Of a stretch of DNA of 64,000 nucleotides, positions 33,710-42,162 are shown in pieces. A model generated the notes under the pieces. The model was not told where the DNA came from. It did no database searches and worked only from the letters and a program-made list of their open reading frames with translations. Both the position numbers and the translations under genes were made by a program. Within the stretch, counting starts at the first letter, position 1; every line of letters begins with the position of its first letter. Source of the stretch: Chitinophagales bacterium (GTDB lineage Bacteria; Bacteroidota; Bacteroidia; Chitinophagales; Chitinophagaceae); the NCBI GenBank assembly GCA_017303335.1, contig JAFLBK010000003.1, positions 364,291 to 428,290 of the forward strand, read 5' to 3'.

Positions 33710-35080
33710 ATGTCCAGAACTCTTATTACTATTTTGCTGATTACCGGTCTGAATACGAGTATAAAAGCGCAATCACAGGCGCTTCAGCATTACCTCACCC
33801 AGATTCATTTCTTCCTTGACCAGGAAGGCCAATGGATAGCCCCCAATATTGGATTCAGGACCGAAGATAGCATCTCCACAAGCTATATCGGGATCGATTT
33901 TGCAAAAGGCATTCATCCCAACAGCATCCGGCTGACAACAAAAAAATATCTTCCCTATCTCTCCGAATGGCGGATTACAGGAGAAATGCTATTCAGCTGG
34001 GATGCATCAAAAAAGCAAGTGCTGCTGTATGGTACTGGCGCTGATGGTTCAGTTGTTTCCGGAGAATCAACCCTGATCACCGCCACTGAAATGCATTTTA
34101 CTTCGTACCGGTCGGATGCGGGCGGAAAAAGAACGGAACAAAAAGAAATATTCCGCCTCCAGCAGGGTAATCTTGAAATAGGCAGCTCTTTTAAACAAAA
34201 CAACACATGGGGAAAGGAACATACAATCCGTTTCACCCGTATGGAACAGCCGAAAGGCAACCTGGCATTCATGACCACGCGTGATGGAAATTTTGAAGTG
34301 TACTCCATGGACTGCAAGGGCGAGAACCTGAAGAACCTCTCCTGCAACAAAGCCATTGATTATGCTTTTTCCTTCACCCCCGACAAACGGCTCGTATTTT
34401 ATACCAACCGTGATGGAAACGACGAAATATACATCATGGATGCCGATGGTAAAAAAGCCAGCAACCTGACCAATCATCCTTCATCCGACCGCATACCCTG
34501 TGTTTCTCCTGATGGCAAACAGATCGCATTTTTATCAGACCGGGAAGAGAAAAGCGGGAAGATATATGTAATGGATACGGATGGGAAAAACCTGCGGCGC
34601 CTCACCAATAACGGCTATTTCGAAGACGGCCCCACCTGGTCGCCAGACGGGAGGAAAATTGTTTTCACCCGGGAATTGAAAGACCTGAAGGATACCAGCC
34701 GCAACGCGGTGGGCAATGGGGAAGTATTCATCATGGACACCGACGGTACAAACGAAAAGCAACTTACCAACAAACCCGGCTATGACGGGGGCCCGATTAT
34801 ATCCCCGGATGGAAAACAAATAGCATTTTATGGCAAAAGTGAAAACGGCAAGTATGATATCTTCATCATGGACATCGACGGCAATAATCTTGTTAACATC
34901 AGCCGGGATGATACAGAAGATTATTCCCCTTCCTGGTCGCCCGACGGGAAATGGATCGCCTGTACGCGGGGCAGTTCAAAAAACTATGATGTGTGGCTGA
35001 TTCACCTGGAAACCGGCATTAAAACCAGGCTGACCACCCAACCAAAGCGGGATGAAAGTCCGTTCTGGATACCGGAGTAG
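33710..35080 (+). CDS. Secreted PD40 / TolB-like beta-propeller repeat protein
   Basis: Signal peptide and an approximately 170-aa N-terminal domain. Then at least 5 repeats of the type SPDGKxIAF.S.R....IY.MD.DG.N...LT. Confidence 0.8.
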   Translation: MSRTLITILLITGLNTSIKAQSQALQHYLTQIHFFLDQEGQWIAPNIGFRTEDSISTSYIGIDFAKGIHPNSIRLTTKKYLPYLSEWRITGEMLFSWDASKKQVLLYGTGADGSVVSGESTLITATEMHFTSYRSDAGGKRTEQKEIFRLQQGNLEIGSSFKQNNTWGKEHTIRFTRMEQPKGNLAFMTTRDGNFEVYSMDCKGENLKNLSCNKAIDYAFSFTPDKRLVFYTNRDGNDEIYIMDADGKKASNLTNHPSSDRIPCVSPDGKQIAFLSDREEKSGKIYVMDTDGKNLRRLTNNGYFEDGPTWSPDGRKIVFTRELKDLKDTSRNAVGNGEVFIMDTDGTNEKQLTNKPGYDGGPIISPDGKQIAFYGKSENGKYDIFIMDIDGNNLVNISRDDTEDYSPSWSPDGKWIACTRGSSKNYDVWLIHLETGIKTRLTTQPKRDESPFWIPE

Positions 35081-35147
35081 GAATTGGTTCAGTGGTTTAT
35101 GCGTTTGGTTGTTTAGGAGAGTGCGGTTATTGAATCGCAATAAACGA

Positions 35148-36470
35148 TTACAACCCGAACAATCCCTTGTTCAGCAATTGCAGCGTTTGCTCCTTATGCT
35201 GCCGGTCGATAAGTAAGGTTACATTGTGTTTACTGCCGCCATAGCTCACCATCCTGACCGGAATGGGTTCGATCGAATCAAACAATTTCTTCATCACATC
35301 CCTGGCTTCCTCGATTTCGTTACCAACCACCGACACCAGCGTTTGGTTGCTATCGGTCTCGATCGTACCAAAGGGCTCGAGCTCCTTGATGATATGTGGC
35401 AGGTTCACATCGTTGTCGATGGTAACAGAAACCGCCACCTCCGATGTAGTGATCATATCGATGGATGTACGGTACTTTTCAAAGATCTCAAATACCTTCC
35501 GCAGGAAACCATAAGCCAGTAACATGCGGCTGCTCTTGATGCGGATGGCCGTGATACCGTCTTTGGCCGCAACCGCCTTGGCGCCCACACTTCCTGCCTT
35601 TTCGGTGATCAGGGTGCCCTTGGCGCCCGGCTCCATGGTATTGAGCAGTTTCACCGGCACATTGTAGAACTGCGCAGGCCAGATGCTGGCGGGGTGAAGA
35701 ATCTTGGCGCCGAAATAGGCAAGCTCGGCCGCCTCTTCAAAACTCAGTTGTTCGATCGGGTATGTTTTATCAACGATGCGGGGATCGTTGTTGTGCATGC
35801 CGTCGATATCGGTCCATATCTCACAGACACTGGCATTGCAGGCAGCGGCGATGAGGGATGCGGAATAATCACTTCCACCCCGTTTCAGGTTGTCCACCTC
35901 ACCCCTGGCGTTCCGGCAGATATAGCCCTGCGTAACAAACAGCGATTTGTCCTTGTTCTTCTGCAGCAGTTGCGCCAGTTTCACCTTGATGGTACCCACC
36001 TGTGGTTCATCATGTACATCGATGGTCATGAAGTCGAGCGCCGGTAACAAAACATGATCTATATTGATTTCCTCCAGGTAGATACTGAACAGTTTGGTGC
36101 TGAGCAATTCTCCCTGCGCAAGGATGTCTTTATTCAGCGCCTCGCTGAAGGATATCTTCAGGATGATATTGAGAAATTCGAAATGTTCATGCAAGACCCC
36201 GTTGGCCTTCTGCAGGGAGATTTCAGATTTCAGTAAGGCAGCGACGAATACTTTATAGTGTTCGTAGAGTGCATCAATCTGTTGCTTGGCCCCATGGCGA
36301 TCTCCGGTTGCCAATGAATTACTGATCTCCACCAGGGCATTGGTGGTGCCGCTGAGGGCGGAAAGTACCACGATCTTTGGTTCCTGGTCGCGGGTTACCA
36401 GGCTGGCCACTTCCTGCATCCGGTGCGGTTTGCCCACGCTGGTGCCGCCAAACTTCATTACTTTCATCAC
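35148..36470 (-). CDS. lysC: Aspartate kinase
   Basis: MMKVMKFGGTSVG...VVLSALSGTTNAL...RGGSDYSAS..., C-terminal ACT-like region. 440 aa. The true start may be 3-12 nt downstream. Confidence 0.9.
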   Translation of the reverse strand: MMKVMKFGGTSVGKPHRMQEVASLVTRDQEPKIVVLSALSGTTNALVEISNSLATGDRHGAKQQIDALYEHYKVFVAALLKSEISLQKANGVLHEHFEFLNIILKISFSEALNKDILAQGELLSTKLFSIYLEEINIDHVLLPALDFMTIDVHDEPQVGTIKVKLAQLLQKNKDKSLFVTQGYICRNARGEVDNLKRGGSDYSASLIAAACNASVCEIWTDIDGMHNNDPRIVDKTYPIEQLSFEEAAELAYFGAKILHPASIWPAQFYNVPVKLLNTMEPGAKGTLITEKAGSVGAKAVAAKDGITAIRIKSSRMLLAYGFLRKVFEIFEKYRTSIDMITTSEVAVSVTIDNDVNLPHIIKELEPFGTIETDSNQTLVSVVGNEIEEARDVMKKLFDSIEPIPVRMVSYGGSKHNVTLLIDRQHKEQTLQLLNKGLFGL

Positions 36471-36499
36471 AATTGATTTTGGGATTGCAAATATAGTTC

Positions 36500-37576
36500 T
36501 TAAAGGACTACCCCGAACTTATCGGCCAGCGACTGCAGATCATCGATGACGGGTTGAAGCAACGGAATGCCATGCTGCATTCTTTCGGTTTCCATTTCCC
36601 GCTCCGGGTCGCCGGGAATGATAACACGCTCCTGCCCTGCAATGGTTTTTGCGGAGCGGAAACGTTTGATCCAGTTATCCATGTGATCCTTGAATTCACC
36701 GGCGGTGCGGAACGCGTCAATGCGCATGGCGCCAAAGAAATGACCGAGCCCCTCGCCGGGCATATTTACGGGCATAGGAATGTAAGCGGGAAATGGCGGT
36801 ACCCAGGGTCCATAGCTGGCGCCGCTTAGTATGGCGGAGAAAATATCCACCACGGCACCCAGGGCATACCCCTTATGGCTGCCATGTTCCTTATCGCCTC
36901 CGAGCGGCAGCAGCATACCGCCGTTCTTTATCTCGTTGGCATTGGTGGAAGGTTCCCCCTCTTTGGTAAGCACCCAACCTTCGGGCGCATCCTGGTTCTT
37001 GCGCTGCAGTATCTCGAGCTTGCCATTGGCCGCTGTGGTGGTGGCAAAATCGGCTACAAAGGCCGGTTCCGCTCCTGCCGGTATCGTTACCGCGATCGGG
37101 TTGGTACCCAGCATGCGTTCTTTGGCAAAGGTGGGCGCAACAAGGGCAGATGCATTGGTCATCGCAATGCCGATCATATCATGCTGCAGCGCCATCATCG
37201 CATGATAGCCGGCGATACCAAAATGATTGCTGTTGCGTACGCTTACCCAGCCCGTACCCGCCTGCTTCGCTTTATCGATGGCAACCTGCATGGCAAATGG
37301 CGCTACAACCAAACCCAGGCCCCTGTCTCCATCCACCACGGCGGTAGAGGGCGTTTCGTGCACAACACGTATGGCCGGAGCCGCGTTCACCCGCTGCACT
37401 TCCCAAAGGCGGATATATCCACTCAACCTGGCAACACCATGACTATCGACACCACGGAGGTCGGCCGATAGTAGTGCTTTCGCGGCTGTGGCGGCGTCGG
37501 CTTCCGGGCAACCGATCTTTATGAAAATAGTACGGGAGAAATCAAACAGCTTTTGGTAAGAGAAGGTTGTAGACAT
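36500..37576 (-). CDS. Ldh_2-family (malate/L-lactate dehydrogenase type 2) oxidoreductase
   Basis: ORF 36500..37660 trimmed to ATG 37576 (MSTTFSYQKLFDF). LLSADLRGVDSHGV, NSNHFGIAGYH and ATTTAANGK motifs. Only 29 nt upstream of lysC, so probably co-transcribed. Confidence 0.8.
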   Translation of the reverse strand: MSTTFSYQKLFDFSRTIFIKIGCPEADAATAAKALLSADLRGVDSHGVARLSGYIRLWEVQRVNAAPAIRVVHETPSTAVVDGDRGLGLVVAPFAMQVAIDKAKQAGTGWVSVRNSNHFGIAGYHAMMALQHDMIGIAMTNASALVAPTFAKERMLGTNPIAVTIPAGAEPAFVADFATTTAANGKLEILQRKNQDAPEGWVLTKEGEPSTNANEIKNGGMLLPLGGDKEHGSHKGYALGAVVDIFSAILSGASYGPWVPPFPAYIPMPVNMPGEGLGHFFGAMRIDAFRTAGEFKDHMDNWIKRFRSAKTIAGQERVIIPGDPEREMETERMQHGIPLLQPVIDDLQSLADKFGVVL

Positions 37577-37611
37577 GGAACAAAAGTAAACCAAAGCAGA
37601 TAAAGAATGTT

Positions 37612-37660
37612 GTTGTTGGTCGGGCGACCAACAACGGCAAAAGGCGACCAACAACGGCAA
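37612..37660. repeat. Inverted repeat plus tandem 18-nt direct repeat
   Basis: gttgttggtcg (37612..37622) / cgaccaacaac (37625..37635). ggcgaccaacaacggcaa occurs at 37623..37640 and again at 37643..37660. Confidence 0.85.
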
Positions 37661-37693
37661 GTGTCTTCAAGCTTTGTTCGGCATACCGGTAAA

Positions 37694-38482
37694 TTAATCC
37701 GCCTTCTTCGAGGTGCGGAAACGGAAGGAAGCGCCAACAGAAAAAACATTATCCGGGGCTGGCTTTGTGAGTCCGAAGCCTGCTGAAGCGTCGATCTTTA
37801 AATTGTCATTAAGGTAATAGGCCAGTCCGAAAGCGATGGTATTGTGCGGCGTTCTTTTTGGCCATGCATAGCCGTATATTTCTGCAAACAACAGCCAATC
37901 CTCTCCGAGGATAACACGGGGAGAAACAGAATATACAAAGGCTGCCTCGTACCGGAAGGTTCTCCATTCCAATCCGCCGCTGTAACCCAAAAAAAAGCAT
38001 TTTGAAAAAGCGTTTTCGAATACGAGCCTGAGATTGGCGCCGTCAATACTATCATACCTGAATCCTGGAGATTCCAGCTTGTGAAAACTGTAGTGGCCCA
38101 TCAGGGAAATACCCGGCCGGAACTTCTTCTGTTTTAAAAAATTGAATTTGCCGCCCAGTTGAAATGTCCGGATACCGGTATAGACATCGGTTAAGTTTAC
38201 TGCTTCATCCCTCCTGGTTGACAAGGCTGTTATCATACGCAGTTCGAACCGGTGACCGATACCATACTTAATAAGTACCGACGGGTGATCGAATATCTGA
38301 TCTTTGTATGGCGCCGAATATTTTTCCGACTGCCGCGATATACCAGTTTCTACCTGCAGCCATTTATCGCGGGTGGTAGCCGGGTTGTTTGTGAAACCCG
38401 GTCGGTCGGTGATCATTCTTTCTTCCTGGGCAACTGAAGCGAGGTAAAGCATTGACAGCACCATCGAGAGTATATATTTCAT
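37694..38482 (-). CDS. Outer membrane beta-barrel 'transporter' family protein (Phenol_MetA_deg-like)
   Basis: Signal peptide MKYILSMVLSMLYLASVAQ. TDRPGFTNNPATT...LQVETGI start motif and alternating beta pattern. Confidence 0.65.
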   Translation of the reverse strand: MKYILSMVLSMLYLASVAQEERMITDRPGFTNNPATTRDKWLQVETGISRQSEKYSAPYKDQIFDHPSVLIKYGIGHRFELRMITALSTRRDEAVNLTDVYTGIRTFQLGGKFNFLKQKKFRPGISLMGHYSFHKLESPGFRYDSIDGANLRLVFENAFSKCFFLGYSGGLEWRTFRYEAAFVYSVSPRVILGEDWLLFAEIYGYAWPKRTPHNTIAFGLAYYLNDNLKIDASAGFGLTKPAPDNVFSVGASFRFRTSKKAD

Positions 38483-38490
38483 AGAGGGTG

Positions 38491-38527
38491 TTTTAAAAGA
38501 ACTGCCTCTTACGATTGTAAGAGGCAG
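38491..38527 (-). terminator. Intrinsic terminator between the T9SS cargo gene and the downstream barrel gene
   Basis: ctgcctcttac-gatt-gtaagaggcag (11-bp perfect stem), followed on the minus strand by ttctttt. Confidence 0.65.
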
Positions 38528-38573
38528 CTGTTAACAAATATAACATCTTGTATCTCCGGAAACAATACAGCTG

Positions 38574-40415
38574 CTATCTTATTAACAGAACGTATCCATA
38601 GGGATTATTGTTCCCTGCTCCGTTGAGGATGTTGTTCGGACAACCGGGTATATTCACCCGCCACACATAGGTATCCGGATCTGCGCCCTGCCCGTTCGGG
38701 TAAGTTCCATTCCAGGAATAGTCGAGGAGTGTTGGCCCGGTGGAGTGGAAGATCAGGTTTCCCCAGCGTGTCCACACCCAGAACTCGCCGCCCGGGTAAT
38801 CCTGCAGGTTGATGGGCCTGAACAGGCTGTTGGTAGCAGCGCCTGGTGTAAAGGCAGTTGGCACCGCTACCTTTCGCGGATTGAAATGTTTTACCGTTTG
38901 TATACCCGCTCCTACACATCCGGTGAAATTCGTATTCTGGATGGTGAGGTTATAGGTATATACAACAGGCGGTGGCGGTGCAGGCGAATTGATCGACGGT
39001 GGGTTGAGATAGGGCAAGGTGATCTTCGGCTTCTCCACGGCAGGATTGTTCAGGTAGGTAGCCGGCGACCAGTTGTAGGTATAGGTCAGGGCAGGGCCAT
39101 ACGGATCTGCATACTGAAGATAATAATCTGGCGACAGTTCAATTGAAACCGAATTGCAACTGAATATATTGTATGTTTTGGGGGCCACCACCATCTTCTG
39201 AACAAAATGGGTAAGCACGTTCGAGATCACGTACAGGGATGGGTTGGTAGACGAATAGGCATACACCCGGTATTGGTAAATCCCGGCCGTATTCTCGGTA
39301 TACGCAGCGTTCATCGCGTTAGCTCCGGGTATATCGGCCCAGCTGACACCGTTATTGACGCTGCGTTGCCATTTGAAAGCCGGGTTTGGGAAGGGCATCG
39401 ATTGAGTAGGCCACCAGGAATACAGGTTTACAGAACCGTTATTGCAGGCGTATGACTTCTGAACAATCGAATTGCTGGCAAAAGAAGCCACGATCGGTGG
39501 GAAACAGGGCGCAAAGGAAAGATCATCGACAACAAAATCGTTTCCATACGGGCTATTGTGGTCATTTCTCAGCACCACCTGAACGGACGTTGTGCCGGTT
39601 GGCAGGTCGAACATAAAAGACATCTTCTGCCAGGGGTTTGCCGGAACATACTCTACTTCGATGTAGCCGCTTTGCCCAAGAAGATTGTTCGACATATCAT
39701 AAACTTCAAACTGAAGTTTAGGTTTTTGAAAGTTGAATGATGGATTGGAGAGATTGGCGACATATACCGAAAACTCATACCCGAATGCCTGCACGAGGCC
39801 GTTGACCGTTGTGCGATACACGATCTGCCCGGCATCATCCCCATCTACCAGCAGCATGTATCCATTTACATCGCCGGGAGTATGGTCCTCGGGAAGTCCG
39901 AGCCACAGAGCGTTGCATCCCACTGTACTGTTCGTTCGTGTATACAAACCCGGCTGAAGCGAACAGCTGGCGCTGTAGGGATAAGTTGTATTACCGGCCG
40001 GCAATGGCGGGCCCGGGTTGGGCCCTGCGCCGAAATCCACGAAAATTCCTGCCGACCCCAGTATACCCGAGCAGGTTTGGATGGTGCCAACCGAAAAATT
40101 AAATATAGTGATGCTCGCATATCCTGTCTGTGCACCCAGGTCTTCGTACACTTCAATAATGCCCTCGCCATTCAGCCAGCGGGGCACATCATCCCATTGA
40201 ATGGTGATGCTGTGTTTGTCGGAGGAAAGTACGGTGCCTGAACTCACATTCCAGGTAACGTTGGCATAGAACTCATACGTATTGCTCCAGCTGGGCCAAT
40301 TAACCGTATAGGTTTCGATGGAACCCGGGTTTACTGTTTTCTTACCCTCGATAAAATCGTCGGCCATTGCCGCCATGGATAGTATGCAAAGCATACCGGT
40401 GATTATTATTTTCAT
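38574..40415 (-). CDS. T9SS type B sorting-domain (CHU_C) surface protein
   Basis: 613 aa with a signal peptide. C-terminus VPTAFTPGAATNSLFRPIN...FWVWTRWGNLIFHS...WNGTYPNGQGADPDTYVWRVN...GYVLLIR is the type B CTD pattern. Lies directly downstream of a PorP/SprF gene. Confidence 0.85.
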   Translation of the reverse strand: MKIIITGMLCILSMAAMADDFIEGKKTVNPGSIETYTVNWPSWSNTYEFYANVTWNVSSGTVLSSDKHSITIQWDDVPRWLNGEGIIEVYEDLGAQTGYASITIFNFSVGTIQTCSGILGSAGIFVDFGAGPNPGPPLPAGNTTYPYSASCSLQPGLYTRTNSTVGCNALWLGLPEDHTPGDVNGYMLLVDGDDAGQIVYRTTVNGLVQAFGYEFSVYVANLSNPSFNFQKPKLQFEVYDMSNNLLGQSGYIEVEYVPANPWQKMSFMFDLPTGTTSVQVVLRNDHNSPYGNDFVVDDLSFAPCFPPIVASFASNSIVQKSYACNNGSVNLYSWWPTQSMPFPNPAFKWQRSVNNGVSWADIPGANAMNAAYTENTAGIYQYRVYAYSSTNPSLYVISNVLTHFVQKMVVAPKTYNIFSCNSVSIELSPDYYLQYADPYGPALTYTYNWSPATYLNNPAVEKPKITLPYLNPPSINSPAPPPPVVYTYNLTIQNTNFTGCVGAGIQTVKHFNPRKVAVPTAFTPGAATNSLFRPINLQDYPGGEFWVWTRWGNLIFHSTGPTLLDYSWNGTYPNGQGADPDTYVWRVNIPGCPNNILNGAGNNNPYGYVLLIR

Positions 40416-40451
40416 AGTTTACGTTTATGGTGAGTGATTAAAAACCTGTTC

Positions 40452-41462
40452 TCAGAAACGGATGAACCGGTCGTCGTCAAGTTCTTCCCTGCTGCGTGCA
40501 TGCGTGTATATCAATGAGAGTTCCGCCGAACTTCGTTGTATGCGGTTTGTATTAAACACACCGATATCATACGATAGCCTTAGCGTGAACCCCGGAAAGG
40601 AAAATCCGGCAAGGGGCACAACCGCGTTACCCGCCAGCGAACTTCGGCGGAAGCCCGCTCCGGCATACATTCCGTATATCTTGCTGAAGCCTATTTTCAA
40701 TGCTGAATACAGGAACAGATCGGACACCGTGGCGTTTTTGAAATTGAGTAACAACCCGGTGAGAAGGCGGCTGTTCTGTCCTCTTCTTTCCCAGTCAGCA
40801 TGTACCCGGGTTTCCCTCGGTATGTTCAATTCGCCTCCCTGGAAAATCTTCCGGGGCGCTGTGATGTGATACATGGATGCGCCGATGCAGAAGTAATTTT
40901 CCGGATCGAACAATCCCTGGTAAACCAGGCCGGCATCCAGGTCGGCATAAGCAACCCGGGTATGAGTAAGTGTGGAGATATCATAGATCGAATAGCCGGC
41001 ATTCAGCCAGGAAAGCAACCGATCTTCCAGCACATGATCGGGTTTGATCAATTGCCTGTTGGCATAGGTTGCCCGGAATCCGATCCCGAGTTGCTGACGC
41101 CCATTTTCATCCAATCCTTTCTGGTAAGCGATGGAAACAGAACCCGACGTGTTGCGAATGCCGTCGTTTCCGTTGCGTTCCGAAAAGGCCGATATCCCCA
41201 TGGCAAGCCCATCCTTTTCGGGTATGGCGGACCGCAACAATTTGGCATCGGCATGAAAGAGCGCTTTATTAAATAACTGGTTCCTGCCAGCAGTCTCCCG
41301 GCGGTAGGCTCCCCCGACACGGTATGATGTATTGAACCGGCCGGTAAGCGCCGGATTGATCAGCGTGGGAGAAGAATGCAACTGCGAGAATATTACCTGC
41401 GCCTGCAACGAGGCGGTACCCCAAAAAAACAACAGGGAAATAAAGGCAACGAACTTCTTCAT
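40452..41462 (-). CDS. PorP/SprF-family type IX secretion system membrane protein
   Basis: Signal peptide then FSQLHSSPTLINPALTG (characteristic N-terminal motif). Beta-barrel-like sequence ending in F. 336 aa. Confidence 0.85.
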   Translation of the reverse strand: MKKFVAFISLLFFWGTASLQAQVIFSQLHSSPTLINPALTGRFNTSYRVGGAYRRETAGRNQLFNKALFHADAKLLRSAIPEKDGLAMGISAFSERNGNDGIRNTSGSVSIAYQKGLDENGRQQLGIGFRATYANRQLIKPDHVLEDRLLSWLNAGYSIYDISTLTHTRVAYADLDAGLVYQGLFDPENYFCIGASMYHITAPRKIFQGGELNIPRETRVHADWERRGQNSRLLTGLLLNFKNATVSDLFLYSALKIGFSKIYGMYAGAGFRRSSLAGNAVVPLAGFSFPGFTLRLSYDIGVFNTNRIQRSSAELSLIYTHARSREELDDDRFIRF

Positions 41463-41572
41463 AGCAGCGGTTTATGCAGGAAATAAATCCGCTGCAAGAT
41501 TAACAGCGGCCAAAATCCTTTACAAGATGAATTGCACATTCGTTTCAGAGAAAATGCCCGCAGGATATTGTA

Positions 41573-41600
41573 GAAAAGAAAAGCCCCTCTTGCGAGGGGC
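41573..41600 (-). terminator. Intrinsic terminator after the LTXXQ protein gene
   Basis: gcccctc-ttgc-gaggggc, with a T-rich run on the minus strand (ttcttttc). Confidence 0.75.
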
Positions 41601-41626
41601 TCTCTTTTGCTCAACCTTACGGTTTA

Positions 41627-42037
41627 TTAACCATCTTTATCGTCGGTGGGAATGGGTTCCTGCTTTTGCCGCAGCATTTTCAATTTCTCCTTCTGCTCAT
41701 CGGTAAGTACCGATTCCAGTTTGGTCATAAATTCCTTTTGCAATTCCCGGATCTGTTTTTGCTTCTCCGGGTCACTTAGTTGTTCGTTGCTTTCGATCAG
41801 CGCTTTCTTCGCCTGCTGGTCTTGCCGGATCTGCTTCAGTTGTACTTGTTGTTGCCTGGTAAGATCCAACTTGCGAAATACTTCCCGCATCCCCGGTTTT
41901 TGTTCCCTGGCAGACACGTTACCCAGGGGAGCTTTACTGTCTGTGGCAAAAGGTTTCCGATCGATCTGGCGCTGTACCTGGGCCATGGCAGCAAAAGAAC
42001 CGGTTGTGAGCAGAGAAACGAGCAGCAGGGTTTTCAT
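41627..42037 (-). CDS. Periplasmic Spy/CpxP-like LTXXQ-motif protein
   Basis: Signal peptide. LTRQQQVQLKQI and LTDEQKEKLKML motifs. K/Q/E-rich, 136 aa. Confidence 0.6.
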   Translation of the reverse strand: MKTLLLVSLLTTGSFAAMAQVQRQIDRKPFATDSKAPLGNVSAREQKPGMREVFRKLDLTRQQQVQLKQIRQDQQAKKALIESNEQLSDPEKQKQIRELQKEFMTKLESVLTDEQKEKLKMLRQKQEPIPTDDKDG

Positions 42038-42112
42038 GTTTCAAATTTTCCGGGTACATAGATGCGGCGCTTCCCCGAAGGTTTAATGATTTCAGTGAAT
42101 TTCTTTTGGAAT

Positions 42113-42146
42113 AAAAAAGGGCCGCATAAATGCGGCCCCCGTTTTT
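42113..42146. terminator. Bidirectional intrinsic terminator (downstream of the glutamine synthetase gene)
   Basis: aaaaaa-gggccgca-taaa-tgcggccc-ccgttttt. Confidence 0.8.
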
Positions 42147-42162
42147 CAGGTCGTTGATCTCT

